From NCBI RefSeq assembly GCF_009914755.1, contig NC_060927.1: a stretch of 64,000 nucleotides of DNA. The stretch is one strand, 5' to 3'. Of the stretch, positions 14,659-29,953 are shown one piece after another. This DNA comes from the human T2T-CHM13v2.0 reference genome, Homo sapiens. The notes beneath the pieces are model-generated. The model saw nothing but the letters and a program-made list of their open reading frames with translations. It searched no databases and had not been told where the DNA came from. The position numbers and the translations under genes are program-made. Each line of letters begins with the position of its first letter. The stretch's first letter is position 1.

Positions 14659-15744
14659 CTTTTCTAAATATATACTTTTCTAGATAATGAGGTATTTGGG
14701 TTTGAAGGCAGACTTTTTGAATTACAAAGAATGTTGAATACAATTTTCAATTTCATGATAAAATTGCCACTTTGTACGTTTATTATAAGAATCAAATAAA
14801 AATAATGTTTGAGGAAGCTTTGTAAATTGGAAACCATGAAACAGCACTATTATTACTATTCTGCTTAAAGAAGTCTAAGTGTGCACACTACTAGAAGAGA
14901 CATGCACACAAATACAGGGTGATGTGCAAACGCCGTCAGAGAAGAACAGAGAATGTGTTGCTGCGACTGCATCCTGAAGAGGAAGAAGTCATGTCTAGAT
15001 AGAATAAAGGAAAGTTGTTGAAGATGCTACTTTCTAAGGCAAATATGGATATTTGAAAATAAAGCTGAGTAAGGGCAGGTTTTGACAACAAAAGGGAAAA
15101 TACTAAAGGAAAGTTTCTATTTTAATAGATCTGGTGTTTTATTTAGTATAAGAGACATAAAATAGTTTTAGGATATAGCCCCTAAGCTTACAATGGGGGT
15201 TTATCCTTTGAGGAATTGACTTATAGTCATGAAATAATTGGGAAAAAATTCACATGCCAGTTGGATGTCTTAATGGTGACCTCTAACATAAGTTTCTGAA
15301 AAGAAATTTATTTTCTAATGAAATTTTAGATGTAATGATTTCTCTCCCAAAATCAAGCAGTATCATTTTACAAATCATTCTGAGCTGTGAGATTAAGTAT
15401 TTTCTTTTCCTTTAATTAGACCTTATTTTAAACTGTGTGTGTGATTTCATGTATCATTTCATATATCCATTTTGTCATAAGCAATTAGGATAGTTAAGCT
15501 CTGGAAATTAATACTTACTCTTGCTAAATTAAAAAAAAGTGTGAGCCAAAAAGAATTCTGAAAAGGAACATTTTTTAGTGAGGAGAGAACTAAGAGTTTT
15601 TCTCAATTTTATCTTCTAGAATTTTTTCTTCATTTGTTGTTCTCACACTTGTAGTTTTGATTCTTGTTTTTACACTATCAGAATATAGGTATTTAATTAT
15701 AGTTTTCATATGTCTCTTAAATTTTATTTTATAGTAATTTTCCA

Positions 15745-15995
15745 ATATTCATTGATCATTTTTGTTGTGCTGAACACAATGGCTTGTTACTTTTAGAAAT
15801 TATCTCATTAGATCCTCACAAAACACTATGAGATATCACATACTCTTATGTACTACTATAATCTCCATTTCTTAATCTGAGGAAAATTTATATTTCAAGA
15901 GGTTAAGCAATTTGCTGAAAATCACACAGTGAATAAGTACTCTTTCTGGGATTCAAATCAAGGGAACTCTCTGGGATCTAAATCAAGGGAGCCTC
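15745..15995 (-). mobile_element. MIR SINE
   Basis: MIR core: tcctcacaaaacactatgag...gaggaaaa...aggttaagcaatttgc...tcacacag. Confidence 0.7.
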
Positions 15996-16967
15996 TTGTC
16001 TGCTATTGCACATTGATTTACTCAAGTTTATATGTGTTTAACTTTTGTCTCAGACTCTCAGTTCCCAAGATAGCATGTGAGCTTTATTCACTGTTGTATC
16101 TCTAGGGTCTAGCCTGGTGTTTTGTACATAGCAGACACACACACACACACACATACACAAATGTAGAGCCTTGTTTCATCAAGATTAAGAGCATTGAGTA
16201 ATAACATCTTTATTAGAGATGATTTAATGAGAAAAATAACTGGATAAAGGTCATTTTCAAAGGTCATAAACATGAGTAGGACATTCCACTTGCCAAATTC
16301 CCACTTCTGACTAAGATGGACTAAAAGCAGATAGACCCTCATGCCTAAAACACTAAAACGCTAGATAAAATGTAAGAAGAAAATGGTTCTAAAGATATTG
16401 AACACTGGGCAATAAAGGACAGAAATCACTAATATGAGAAACAAAAATCATAAGATCTATAATTGCTCTGGCTTGTCTGAAAGTTTCTAGGCATTGATGC
16501 GGAATGGAGGATCCAGCTGGAGTCAGGCAGCGTCTCTTCATGGAGAAAATGGGTCTTTGGTTCCAGGGAGGTAAAGGGGACCAGAGTTTACAGAGCTGAG
16601 CACAGGAGAAAAGAGAATTGTCCAGACTGAGAACTCTGGAGACAGAAAACAATCCACCTTGAGGATTCAGCTGAGTACTGGTTAGCACATTTGTTTGAAG
16701 AAACTATCCAAGGTAGCTGAAATAACTACCTGAAAGAATGAGGAGAAACAATCTCTGAAAGTCACACAGGGCAGTTCTGTTCCAAGAAGAGTAGAAAACT
16801 TCATAATTGAAGATTCTTGAGTAGGGTCCTCAGAGGGTTTTTTCCTAGTTATTGTGAACAATTAGTCCCAGGCTAAATAAGTAAAGGGTCAAATAGATTA
16901 CAAGTAATTTAGCCCCATTACAAAAAAGCTGGAAGAAATTTATAAAAATAAAATCTTTGTACCTGCC

Positions 16968-17522
16968 TTTTTACTTATTTATTTTAAATATATTTAATTA
17001 CAGAAAAGATTGTGTATATTCAAGGTGTACAATGTGGTGGCTTGATATACATATACCTTGTGGAATGATTATTTCAGTCAAATTAATCAACACATCAACC
17101 ACAACAAATGCTTTACATTAGAACCCCAGAACTTGCATACCTTATAACTGAAAGTTTATACCCTTTGACCAACATGTCCCCATTTTATTCATCTCCATGA
17201 CCTTGGCAACAACCATTCTATTTTCTGTTTTTATGAGTTTGAATTTTTTAGATGATCCTTGTAAGTAAGACCACACAATATTTGTTTACTTGTGTCAGGC
17301 TTATTTCACCTAGCATAATATACCCCTGGTTACAAATGATAGGATTTCCTTGTTTTCATGCCTGAATAATATTCCATTATACACACACACACACACACAC
17401 ACACACCCCACATTTTCTTTATTCATCTGTCAATGGACATTTTGGTTGATTCCATATCTTGGCTATTATTAATAATGCTACAATTAACATGGGAGTTCAG
17501 GTATCTTGGAGATACTGAATCT
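16968..17522 (-). mobile_element. L1MA (MA8/9-like) 3' end with internal (CA)n
   Basis: gtatattcaaggtgtacaatgtg...cttataactgaaagtttataccctttgaccaaca. Confidence 0.8.
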
Positions 17523-18499
17523 ACATCATTCAGGGGTTAAAGCAGTGATCTTATGAAAATAAAAATTTTAAATACAATCTCAAAAATGTAAAATTCACAA
17601 TCTCTGACATCTAATTAAATATTGTCAGTTCTGTAAAGAATCAGGAAATGCAATCAATAAAAGGGAGAAAAATAAAATGAAACAGACTCAGAAATAAAAC
17701 AGATGAGATAATTAGTTGACAAGGGCATAAAAGGACAAGTATTGCAAGTATATTCTATAGTCATAATAATATAGATAAAAACATACACTTTAAGCAGAAA
17801 TATGAAAGATAGAATACACAAATTGAATTTCTAAATATGAAAACTATAATACCTGAGTAAAAACACACTGGATTGAATAAATGACAGATACCACAGAATA
17901 ATATGTTAGTAATTATGCAGATTTAGTAATTGAAATTATCCAAAATAAAACACAGAGAATAATTTTTTTTAAATAAACAGTGAACTGGTGACCTGGGGGA
18001 AAATTTCAAGTGGTCTAAGATACATATTATTGGACTCCCTAAAAGGTGGGGCAGAAATGAGTATTTGCAAACACAATGGTAAATAATTGCCAAATTTGAT
18101 GGAAACTGTAAACCCACAGAACCAAGATGCTCAGTGAACTTCGATCACAGAAAACATTAAGGAAATTACATCAAGACATTTAATAATCAACTCATTTAAA
18201 ACCAGATAACGATGTTTTAAAAGTAGTTGAACTGCAGGAAATCACATTGTATAAAGAGTGTAAAGAGGAAGACAGGTGAGAATGTCAGCAACATAAAGTT
18301 GAAAACAATTTCAGCAGAAGAAAGAGGAACAACATCTTTAAAATACTGAGAGGAAAATACTGTAAATTAAGAATTCTCTACCTAGCAAAAATACCTTTAA
18401 AATATTAAAGTTACAGAAATTCTTTTTAGACATAAAAACCCAAAAGAAGATATCACTGGCAGAAATGCAGTACAAGAAATACAAGGAGACTACTTCAGG

Positions 18500-18503
<4 letters not shown>

Positions 18504-18552
<49 letters not shown>
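18504..18552. repeat. (AC)24 microsatellite
   Basis: Read directly. Confidence 0.95.
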
Positions 18553-18554
<2 letters not shown>

Positions 18555-18625
18555 AGTTGGGAATACAAAGAATCAAAATCAAAATGGTAACTCTTGGCTA
18601 AATGTAATATTTTTTATTTAAAATA

Positions 18626-19214
18626 CGTTGGGGTGATCGGACCCAACACCAGGTCGTGGGGGAGATAAAGTCCAGCAGAGTCAAAGGAATGAGAAAAGAC
18701 GGTTTGAGAGAGAAAGTGGGTCCAGGGGGCCATCGCTAAGTATGGAGGCTGCGAAGGCCCCAAGCTCTGGAAGCCCAGACTATTTATTGATGATCAAAGA
18801 AAGAAACAAGTGGTGAGAATGTGGGGGTCGAAAGGGAGTGTTGCATTAAGCACATGATTTACAGCTGTGATGGTTTAGCAAATGCTCTGCTACTTGTGAT
18901 AATGGAGAGCAGGTTCTTTTAACTCAAGATGCCATTGATCCCCGGAGAGCAAGGAGCAAGGAGCCAGCAAGTCTAGACACATTCCAGAGCCATGAGACCT
19001 GGATTCTATCCACGCCACGAGGGGTTTTATGCCCTGGGCTTAGATATGGTGCGTCAGGGTAGCCTTCCACCCTTCGTCACAGAGCTTGGTGTTCCAAAGG
19101 CCACGAGGGGTTTTAGACCCTGGACCCAGACATATTCCAAGACTCTTTTACATTATATCAGACATGCAAACCCTGCCTCAGCTTCTCTCCCAACACTAAG
19201 CTTTTCTCCCAACA
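18626..19214 (-). mobile_element. LTR14B solo LTR (HERV-K14/HML-1)
   Basis: Reverse complement begins TGTTGGGAGAAAAGCT..GTGTTGGGAGAGAAGCTGAGGCAGGG. AAATA is duplicated on both sides (18621-25, 19215-19). Confidence 0.85.
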
Positions 19215-19982
19215 AAATATTTTAAAATAATAATTGGCAAAAAAATAAAAAATGGTACAAATGCTTTAATAGGAGACAATTAAATATGCTGTTGTCAAGT
19301 TATTATACTATATATGAAGTTATTATCACCTGTTATATAGACTGTGATAAGTTAAATCTGTTTCCTATAAACTCTAAAGAAAAAGTATGACAATAAAGTA
19401 TAGGTAATAAGCCAACCAGGAAGAAAAAATGGAATAAAAATATACTTAGTTAATTCAAAAAAGACCAAAAATACAGAAAATGAAAAAAAGAAACAAATGA
19501 GAGAAATAGAAAATAACAAATAGGAGAGTGGTATATTTAAGCCCAATCATATTAATAATCACAATGAATGTAAGTGTCCTAAACATCACAATTGAAGGAA
19601 AGACGTAAGACTGGATAACAAAGTAAAAACAAACCATAAGATGCCTATAATAATCCAACTTTAAATATAAAGACATAAATAGGCTAAGAGCAAATGGAAG
19701 GAAGAAGAGATACTGTGACATCAATATAAAGTGAGCTCAGGTAGCTATATTAATATCAGGCAAAGTAAATTTTAGAGCAAATAATATTGCCAGGAATAAA
19801 GAGTTTCATTCCATAATTATAAAAAGATTAATCAATCAAATCTTCCATCATAGTGCAGTGAGAAGCTCAGCAATGTATCACCTCAAAAAGTAAGGATAAA
19901 ACATAATAAAATTGTCAAGTCCAATTACTTAAGCTTTCTGGAGAAAATAAAAGGCATGCAACATATTAAAAATCAATAATTT

Positions 19983-20284
<302 letters not shown>

Positions 20285-20565
20285 TTATTATTTTAAAAAC
20301 TATGCCAGAGCTTAATCAACATAGTAGTGGAAAGGATAAAATGAGTCATTACATGAGGAGTAAAAATACTGGAAATAGCTGACTCTTCTGATTATCATTA
20401 GAAGTAATAAAAAAAGTAAAATAAAATATCCAAAGTGACAAAAAGAAAAAACAGAATGCCAAGAAAAATTAAGTTCCAGTTAAAAAAAAAAATCACTCAG
20501 AAAAAGATGAAATGAAAACATCCATGGTTAAACAAAGACAAAAAAATTGTTGCTTGCAGATTAAC

Positions 20566-20830
20566 TTTTTTTGAGATGGTCTTTTTTATAATCATGACCC
20601 ATGGGTCAGTGCAGCCTTAACCCCCTGGGCTCAAGCGACCCTACACCTCAGCCTCCTGAGAAGCTGGGACCACAGGAGCAATCCCCCATATCTGGCTAAT
20701 TTTTAAAATATTTTGTAGAAAAGTGGTCTCACTAAGTTCCCCAGCCTGGTCTCAAACTCCTAGACTTAAACATCACCCCTGCTTAAACCTTCCAAAGTCT
20801 GGGTACAAGCAGAGCCAATGCACCTGGCTG
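20566..20830 (-). mobile_element. AluJ, diverged
   Basis: ctgggctcaagcga..., gctgggaccacagg. Confidence 0.8.
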
Positions 20831-21241
20831 CGGACCAGCTTTAAAGGAAATCTTTAAGCGTGTCCTTCGAGCTGAAATAAATGACATCAAAGAATAGCTT
20901 TAAGCCAGACTTTTAGAAAATCAAGAGCACTGAAATAGGTAAATATGCGGGTAAATACAAAAATATATAAATGTGTTTTTGGCCATTTCTTCTATGAACT
21001 TATTTAAAACATATACAATGTTATAAATTAAATTATAAAATTATATAATCAAATTAATAATATATAGAGTGTAATATAAACGAGAATAAGTACACAAAGG
21101 AGGTAGACAATAATGGATCTATATTTGAGTAGAGTTTCTACATTTCAACAGAATTTAATGTGAATCTGAAATAGATTGGAGGTAAGTTAAGATTCATACT
21201 GTAATGTCTAGAGCAACCAATAAGAAAACAAAAAATAGTAA

Positions 21242-22265
<1,024 letters not shown>

Positions 22266-22405
22266 AAAATTACCTGTCAGGTACTATACTCCTTACGAGG
22301 GTGATGAAATAATCTGTATGTCAAACCCCTGTGGTAAACAATTTACCCATGTAACAAACCTGCCCATGTATCCCCCTAAACCTAAAATAAAAGATGGAAA
22401 AAAAT
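22266..22405 (+). mobile_element. L1PA15/16-like extreme 3' end
   Basis: ggtgatgaaataatctgta...caatttacccatgtaacaaacctg...cctaaaataaaag. Confidence 0.75.
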
Positions 22406-24229
22406 TACTTTTATTTTTTGTCCAGAATCTAGAAAATTATTTTACAATTTTTAAGTGATAAACTGAAACATTCTAGGAAAAAATGATGACTAAATACAAA
22501 GTTACCATTAATGTAAGTGGTATAATATATAAATAATATGTAACAATATAATCCACTTAGCCATATCATAAACAATCTATACAGTATACTGTCTTGTAAA
22601 AGGTAAATATTTTTTGATGTGATACAACCAAAGAATTATATACTAACATTTCAATTATAAAGTATTTTTATGTGCTATTTGATCCTTGAAACAAGTATGA
22701 GAGGTTTTCAAGGCAAGTGTTTTTATGCCCATGTAAGAGTTGGGAAACTGATGCTTAGACATGAAAGGTGAGTTGGCAGTCACAAATAAGCAGTAGAAAC
22801 AGGATTTGAAGTTGCCCAGATTCTGATAATTTTAGAGAAATAATAGAAAAGGCCAAATTATGCAAGAGTCTCTTTTGATGAATCAGAAAAAAAAAGTATG
22901 CCTGTCTCCCTTTACAGAATTGGCATGTACATGGATATTAGAAAAGGAAGAATAGAGGAGATAATGTCTTAAGCATTCTTCATTAACTTGAATACTCAAA
23001 TAACCAAATAAATTGAATAATCAAAATATCCTAGAATTCTTTTCAAAATTAGATGTAATCAATCCAATAAAAGGCATGACTATCGGAACATGGCTTCTAA
23101 ATTTAGACCATTGTGGGTTCCGAAACCTTATTTTTTGACTTGGTTACTTTGCTCTAGAAATGCATCTTCTCTCAGAAATAGAATAATTATTAAGTCTCAT
23201 GTTAGCCCTCAACACTTGAATTTGCCTCTGTCATCTCCAAATTAACAAAAAATCTAGTTATTATTTATACCACTGTTTTAGGGGAAACTTAATCTGATAT
23301 ATATTTCTGGATGCCAGCAACACACTTTTCAATAATGTCCACGCTACTTGCACCCATTCTTCCAACTCCGGCTGTGCCTACAGCTTGAGAAAGGCAGAGG
23401 AGGGAAAGGAAAAAGGGCTCATTAGTATGTGGGATAAGAGATATACATGAAGGAAAGGGTTTTATTGTGCATGCCCAAGGAGTAAGGTGTATTCAACCCC
23501 CATAATCACCTGTACAGGGTATACATGTATCAGGCTTTCCTAAGGTAGAAAATACCTGAGCTTTGCATTCAAAGTAAAGCACTACAGGGTTAAAACTTTT
23601 AAAATCATGAAAAAATTTCAGATTATTTATTTAATGTGAACAATAGTGGGAGTAAGTCATCTTTTCTAAGAATTGCTTACTAGATTCCAAACTCTAGTTC
23701 TCTAACTTGTGCGTCAATAACTCAAAAATCAACTTCCTATTTAGGTAATAAGAGTCAAATATGGACCAATTTAGAGTAGGAGAGACAATAATTGGACTCA
23801 AGAACTGTGCTACTTTCTCTATCCATACTATTCAATCTGAATATATATTGTGTTTCTTATATTCTTTCATTAACAATATACATATATGCAATATATGTAC
23901 AGTATACTAAATTCTTATTTTTTTCTGAGATCCTGACAACATATAGAATATGAAAGCTAAGTAGAATGATGGCAAATGAAAAAGACTGTATCCTCATTAA
24001 AAAAAATGGATGCCTTTTGAGTAGAGTGTGACATTAAGATCCCCTTCCACTTGTGGCACCCAGGTATCCTTGGCAGGATAAAGACACATCTTTCCCACCT
24101 TCTTAGGTTCCTAACCTTTTTCCTAGGCTATGCACCAAGGAGAGGGATTCTAGGATTATTCGTCATGTCAATGCAAAACTTTTAAGGAAAGAAAAAAGAC
24201 GTAAAACAATGTATACATATTATACCCTT

Positions 24230-26543
24230 TGATGTGGTTTGGCTCTGTGTCCCCACCCAAATCTCACCTTGAACTGTAATAATCCCCAAGTGTCAAGGGT
24301 AGGGCCAGATGGAAATAATTGAATCATGGGAGCAGTTTTCCCATACTGTTCTCTTGGTAGTGAATAAATCTCTACAAAATCTGATGGTTTTATAAATGGG
24401 AGTTTCCCTGCATAAACTCTCTTGCCTGCCGCCGTGTAAGGTGTTACTTTCCTCCTCATTTGCCTTCTGCCACAATTGTGAGGTCTCTCCAGCCATGTGA
24501 AACAGTGAGGCCATTAAACTTCTTTCCTTTATAAATTACCCAGTCTCAGGTATGTCTTTATCAGCAGCATGAGAACAGACTAATACAATAAATTGGTACC
24601 AGGGGCAGTGGGGTGCTGCAGTAAAGATACTGAAAAATGTGGAAGCAACTTTGGAACTCGGTAACAGGCAGAGGTTGGAACACTTTAGAGGGCTCAGAAG
24701 AAGACAGGATAATTTGGGAAAGTTTGGAACTTACTAGGGACTTGGAGGGCTCAGAAGACAGGAAGATGTGGGAAAATTTGAAACTTCCTAAAGACTTGTT
24801 GAATGGCTTTGAGCAAAGAGCTGTTAGTAAAATGTACAACAAAGTCTATGCTAAGATGGTCTCAGGTGGAGATAAGGAATTTGTTAAGAACTGGAGTAAA
24901 GGTCACTCTTGCTATGCAAACAGACTGGCGGCGTTTCGCCCCTGCCCTAGAGATCTGTGGAACTTTGAACTGGAGAGAAGATTTAGGGTATCTGGTGGAA
25001 GAAATTTCTAAGTGGCAAAGTGTTCAAGAGGAAGCAGAGTGTAAAAGTTTGGAAAATTTGCAGCCTGATGATGCAATAGAAAAGAAAAACCCATTTTCTG
25101 GGGAGAAAGTCAGGCCTGCTGCAGAAACTTGCATAAGTAATGAGGAGCTCAATGTTAATGACCAAGACAATGGAGAAAATATCTCCATAGCATGTCAGAG
25201 ACTGCAGCAGCCACTCCCATTGTAAGTCCAGAGGCCTAGGAGGGAAAAACGGTCTTATGGTCCAGGCCCAGGGCTCCCCTCTGCTCTTTGCAGCCTCAGA
25301 CATGGTGCCCTGTGTCCCAGCTGCTTCAGCTCCATGCATGGCTAAAAGAGACCAAGGTACAGCTTGGGCCATGTCTTCAGTGGGTGCAAGCCTCAAGCCT
25401 TGGCAGCTTTCATGTGATGTTGAGCCTGCAGGTGCACAGAGGTCAAGATTTGAGGTTTGGGAACCTACACCTGGATTTCAGAGGATGTATGGAAATGCCT
25501 GGATGTCCAGGCAGAGGTCTGCTGTAGGGGCAGAGCCCTCATGAAGAACCTCTGCTAGGGCAGTGCAGAAGGGAAATGTGGAGTGAGAGCCCCCACACAG
25601 AGCTCCCACTGGAAAAGTGCCTAGTGGAACTGTGAGAAGAGGGCCACTGCCCTTGAGACCCCAGGATGATAGATCCACTGACAGCTTGCACTGTGTACCT
25701 GGAAAAGCTGCAGACACTCAACACCAACCCATGAAAGCAGCCAGGAGGAGAGCTGTACCCTGCAAAGCCACAGTGGTAGAGCTGCCCAGGACCTTGGATA
25801 CCCATTATTTGTATCAGCATGATTTGGATGTGAGACATGGGGTCAAAGGAGATCATTTTAGAGCTTTAATATTTGACTGTCCTGCTGAATTTCAGACTTG
25901 CGTGGGGCCTGTAGCCTCTTTGTTTTTGCCAGTGTCTCCCATTTTGAATGGGTGTATTTACCCAATGCCTCTACCCCCACATTGTATCTAGGAAGTAATT
26001 AACTTGCTTTTGATTTTATAGGTTCATAGGCAGAATGGACTTGTTTTGTCTCAGATGAGACTTTGGACTGTGGACTTTTGAGTTAATGCTGAAATGAGTT
26101 AAGACTTTGGGGGACTGTCGGGAAGACATGATTGTGTTTTGAAATGTGAAAGAGACATGAGATTTGGGAGGGTCCAGGGGTAGAATGATATGGTTTGGCT
26201 CTGTGTCCCCACCAAAATCTCACCTTGAATTGTAATAATTCCCATGTGTCAAGGGTGGGGCCAGGTAGAGATAATTGAAATATGGGGGCAATTTTCCACA
26301 TATCTATCTCATGGTGATGAATAAGTTTTGTGAGACCTTATAATTTTATAACTGAGAATTTTCCTGCACAAGCTCTCTTTCCTGTCACCATGTAAGACTT
26401 GACTTTGCTCCTCATTTGCTTTTCACCATGATTGTGAGATCTCCCCAGCCATATGAAGTTGTTAGTCAATTAAACCTCTTTCATTTATAAATTACCCAGT
26501 CTCAGGTATATATTTATCAGCAGCATGTGAACAGACTAATATA
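24230..26543 (+). mobile_element. Full-length THE1 (B/C-like) MaLR provirus; LTRs 24230-24587 and 26186-26543
   Basis: Two LTRs (tgatrtggtttggctctgtgtcccc...taatay a) flank THE1-int; TSD CCCTT/CCATT. Confidence 0.95.
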
Positions 26544-26605
26544 CCATTTATATGAACAAGATAAAATTTATGAATGTGTGATGCATATTAATAAAAAAAG
26601 AAATT

Positions 26606-26925
26606 AGCCAGGTGTGGTGCTCATGCCTCTAATCCCAGCACTTTGGGAGGCCAAGGTGGGAAGATCACCTGAAGCTAAGAGCTTGAAACCAGCCTGGGCA
26701 AAAAGGTGAGACCCTTATCTATGAAAAAAAAAAAAAAAAAAAAAAAAAAGCAAATTGGCCAAGTGCAGTGGCATGCATTTGTACTACTCAGGGGGATGAG
26801 GCAGGAGGATTGCTTGGGCCCAAGAGTTGGAGGCTGATGTGAGCTGCGATCATGTCACTGCACTCCAGCCTGGATGACAAAGCAAAACCCTGTCTCTAAA
26901 ATAAAATAATAAAAATTTAAAAATA
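26606..26925 (+). mobile_element. AluJ with long middle A-tract
   Basis: ggaggattgcttgggcccaagagttggaggctg. Confidence 0.9.
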
Positions 26926-27064
26926 AAGAAAATAAATTAACATTAAGAAAAGATTTTTTATGTTAGTTTCTTATCTCCATCTCTGAAAGGAGGTTATAAA
27001 TGTCTTATTAGTGGATTACATATTGTTTTCTTTCCAGTGACTATTTCATTGGTTGACCTACAAG

Positions 27065-27445
27065 TCTGTTGGATTAGGCCAAGTTATGCTACAGTAGCTA
27101 ATAACTCTCATTTAGAATAGCTTTTGCAGGTTTATATTGTACTTAAATTATGTACCCATGGATCAGGTGCAGATCTGCTTACTGTCACCTCCACCCTAAC
27201 AAAATCCTGTGGGGCAGCCTCTGCACAGAATATTGCTGATATGTGGTAGAAAACAGAGGACCCTGTGGGTTGTGCATTAGGATTAATTGTTCCAGCCTAG
27301 AAGTGATACATGGTCATTTCATTTTACAACTCATAAGCCATATTAGGCACATGGACACTTACCCATAAGATAAATAAGAAAGTACAACCATTCATATTTC
27401 CAGCGAGATAAGAGGACCAGAGTATCTGATATACATTACTAACAA
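27065..27445 (-). mobile_element. Old MLT1 (K/L-like) LTR
   Basis: aggccaagttatgctacagtagc...ctagaagtgataca...catttc. Confidence 0.55.
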
Positions 27446-27455
27446 CTAACCTGAT

Positions 27456-29722
27456 TAATATGGTGTGGCTGTGTCCCCACCCAATCTTATCTTGAGTTGT
27501 AACTCCCACAGTTCCCACATGTCATGGAGGAACCTGGTGGGAGGTAATTGAATTATGGGGGTGGGTCTTTCCCATGCTGCTCCTGTGATAGTGAATAAGT
27601 CTCATGAGATCTGATGGTTTTAAAAACAGGAGTTTCCTTGCATAAGCTTTCTTCTTTTGTCTGCCGCCATGTGAGACGTGCCTTTCACCTTCTATCATGA
27701 TTTTGAGGCCTCCCCAGCCACGTGGAACTGTGAGCCTATTAAAACCTCCTTTTCTTCACAGTCTTGTTTATGTCTTTTTAAGCAGCATGAAAATTAACTA
27801 ATACAGTAAATTGGTATCAGTATAGTGGGGTGCTGCTGTAGATACCCAAAAATGTGGAAACAACTTTGGATCTGGATAACAGGCAGGGGTTGTAAGAGTT
27901 TGGAGAGCTCAGAAGAAGACAGGAAAATGTGGGAAAGTGTGGAACTTCCTAGAGACTTGTTGAATGACTTGGCCCAAAATGTTGATAGCAATATAGACAA
28001 CAAAGTCCAAGCTGAGGTGGCCTCGATGGGAACTTCTTGGGAACTGGAGCAAAAATGACTCTTGTTATCTGTTAACAAAGAGACTGGTGTCATTCTGCAT
28101 CTGCCCTAGAGATTTGTGAAATTTTGAACTTAAGAGAGATGCTTTAGGGTACGTGGTGAAAGAAATTTCTAAGCAGTAAAGCATTCAAAGGTGCTTTGGG
28201 TGTGTTAAAGCCATTCAGTTTTAAAAGGGAAGCAGAGTGTAAAAGTTCAGAAAATTCGCAGCCTGACAATGCCATAGAAAAGAAAACCCCATTTTCTGAG
28301 GAGAAATTCAAGCTGGCTGCAAAAAGTAATGAGGAGCCGAATGTTAATCCCGAAGACAATGGGGAAAATGTCTCCAGGGAATGTCAGAGGTCTTCATGGC
28401 AGCCCCTCCTATCACAGGCTCAGAGGCCTAGGAGTTAAAACTGATTTTTTTATGGGCTGGGCCAAAGGTCCCCATACTGTGTGCAGACTAGTGACTTGGT
28501 GCCCTGCATCCCAGTTGCTCCAGCTGTGGCTGAAAGGAGCCAATGTAGAGCTTGGGCTGTGGCTTCAGAATGCAAACCTCAAGTCTTGGCAGCTTCCACG
28601 TGGTGTTGGCCCTGCCAGTGCACAGAAGTCAAGAATTCTGGTTTGAGAACCTCTGCCTAGATTCCATAGGATGTATGGCAATGGCTGGATGGCCAGGCAG
28701 AAGTTTACCGCAGGGATGGAGCTCTCATGGAGAACCTATGCTAGGGCAGTGTGGAAGGGAAATGTGGGGTCAGAGCCCCCATACAGTGTTCCTACTTGGG
28801 CACCACCTAGTGGAGCTGTGAGAAGAGGGCCACCATCCTTCAGACCCCAGAATGGTAGATCCACTGACAACTTGCACCATGCACCCGTAAAAGCAGCAGA
28901 CACCTAATGCCGGCCCATGAAAGAAGGCTGTCAGGAGGGAGGCTGTACCCTGCAAAGCCACAGGGGTGGAGCTGCCCAAGACCATGGGAACCCATCTCTT
29001 CAATCAACATGACCTGGATATGAGACAGGAAGTCAAGGGAGATCATTTTGGAGCTTTAATATTTAACTGCCCCACTGGATTTCAGACTTGCATGGGGCCT
29101 CTAGCCCCTTGTTTTGGCCAATGTCTCCCATTTGGAATGGGTGTATTTACCCAATCCCTGGACCCGCATTGTATCTAGGAAATAACTAACTTGCTTTTGA
29201 TTTTACAGGCTTATAGGCAGAAGGGACTTGCCTTGTCTCAAATAAGACTTTGGACTGTGGATTTCTGAGATAATGCTGAAATGAGTTGAGACTTTGGGGA
29301 ACTGTTAGGAGAGCATGATTCGTTTTGAAATGTGAGGACATGAGATTTTGGGGGAGACAGGGGTGGAAATTATATGGTTTGGCTGTGTCTCTACCCAAAT
29401 CTCATCTTGTATTGTAACTCCCACAATTCTCACATGATGTGAGAGGAAGCTGGTGGGACGTAATTGAATCATGGGGGCGAGTTTTTCCCATGTTGTTCTC
29501 ATGATAGTGAATAAGTATCATGAGATCTGATGGTTTTAAAAATGGGAGTTTCCTTGCACAGAGCTCTCATCTCTTGTCTGCCACCACGTGAGACATGCCT
29601 TTCAACTTTTGTCATGATTTTGAGGCCTCCTCAGCCACGTGGAACTGAGAGGCTATTAAAACCTCTTTTTCTTCCCAGTCTCAGGTATGTCTATATCAGC
29701 AGCATGAAAACGGACTATTACA
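27456..29722 (+). mobile_element. Full-length THE1 (A/B-like) provirus; LTRs 27456-27805 and 29370-29722
   Basis: Two LTRs plus THE1-int; perfect TSD CTGAT (27451-55, 29723-27). Confidence 0.95.
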
Positions 29723-29912
29723 CTGATCCTGTTAAGGTGGTGGCCAAAATACTGTGCTCTGCTTTCTGTGGAAGCGTGATCTCTAAGAAGACCCCAAGAC
29801 CAGAAGTTGTAATTTATTTATAAGTAATTACTTGTGTGAAGTATTATGGGCTCTTTTCTAAAGAGGAACTTTGAAAAATGAATAGTAAGTACCATAAGTG
29901 TTGCTTCCTTGC

Positions 29913-29953
29913 TACTGCTCTCCAGAGGGTACTGCTCTCCAGAGGGTACTGCT
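29913..29953. repeat. 17-bp perfect tandem repeat, 2.4 copies
   Basis: Unit tactgctctccagaggg. Confidence 0.9.

Noticed and set aside
15940-15996. CRISPR-like or novel repeat array
   Set aside because: Only a two-unit local duplication at a MIR end; no repeat-spacer periodicity anywhere in the window.
24230-29722. Tandem segmental duplication of THE1
   Set aside because: LTR subtypes, TSDs and flanks differ, so these are independent insertions.
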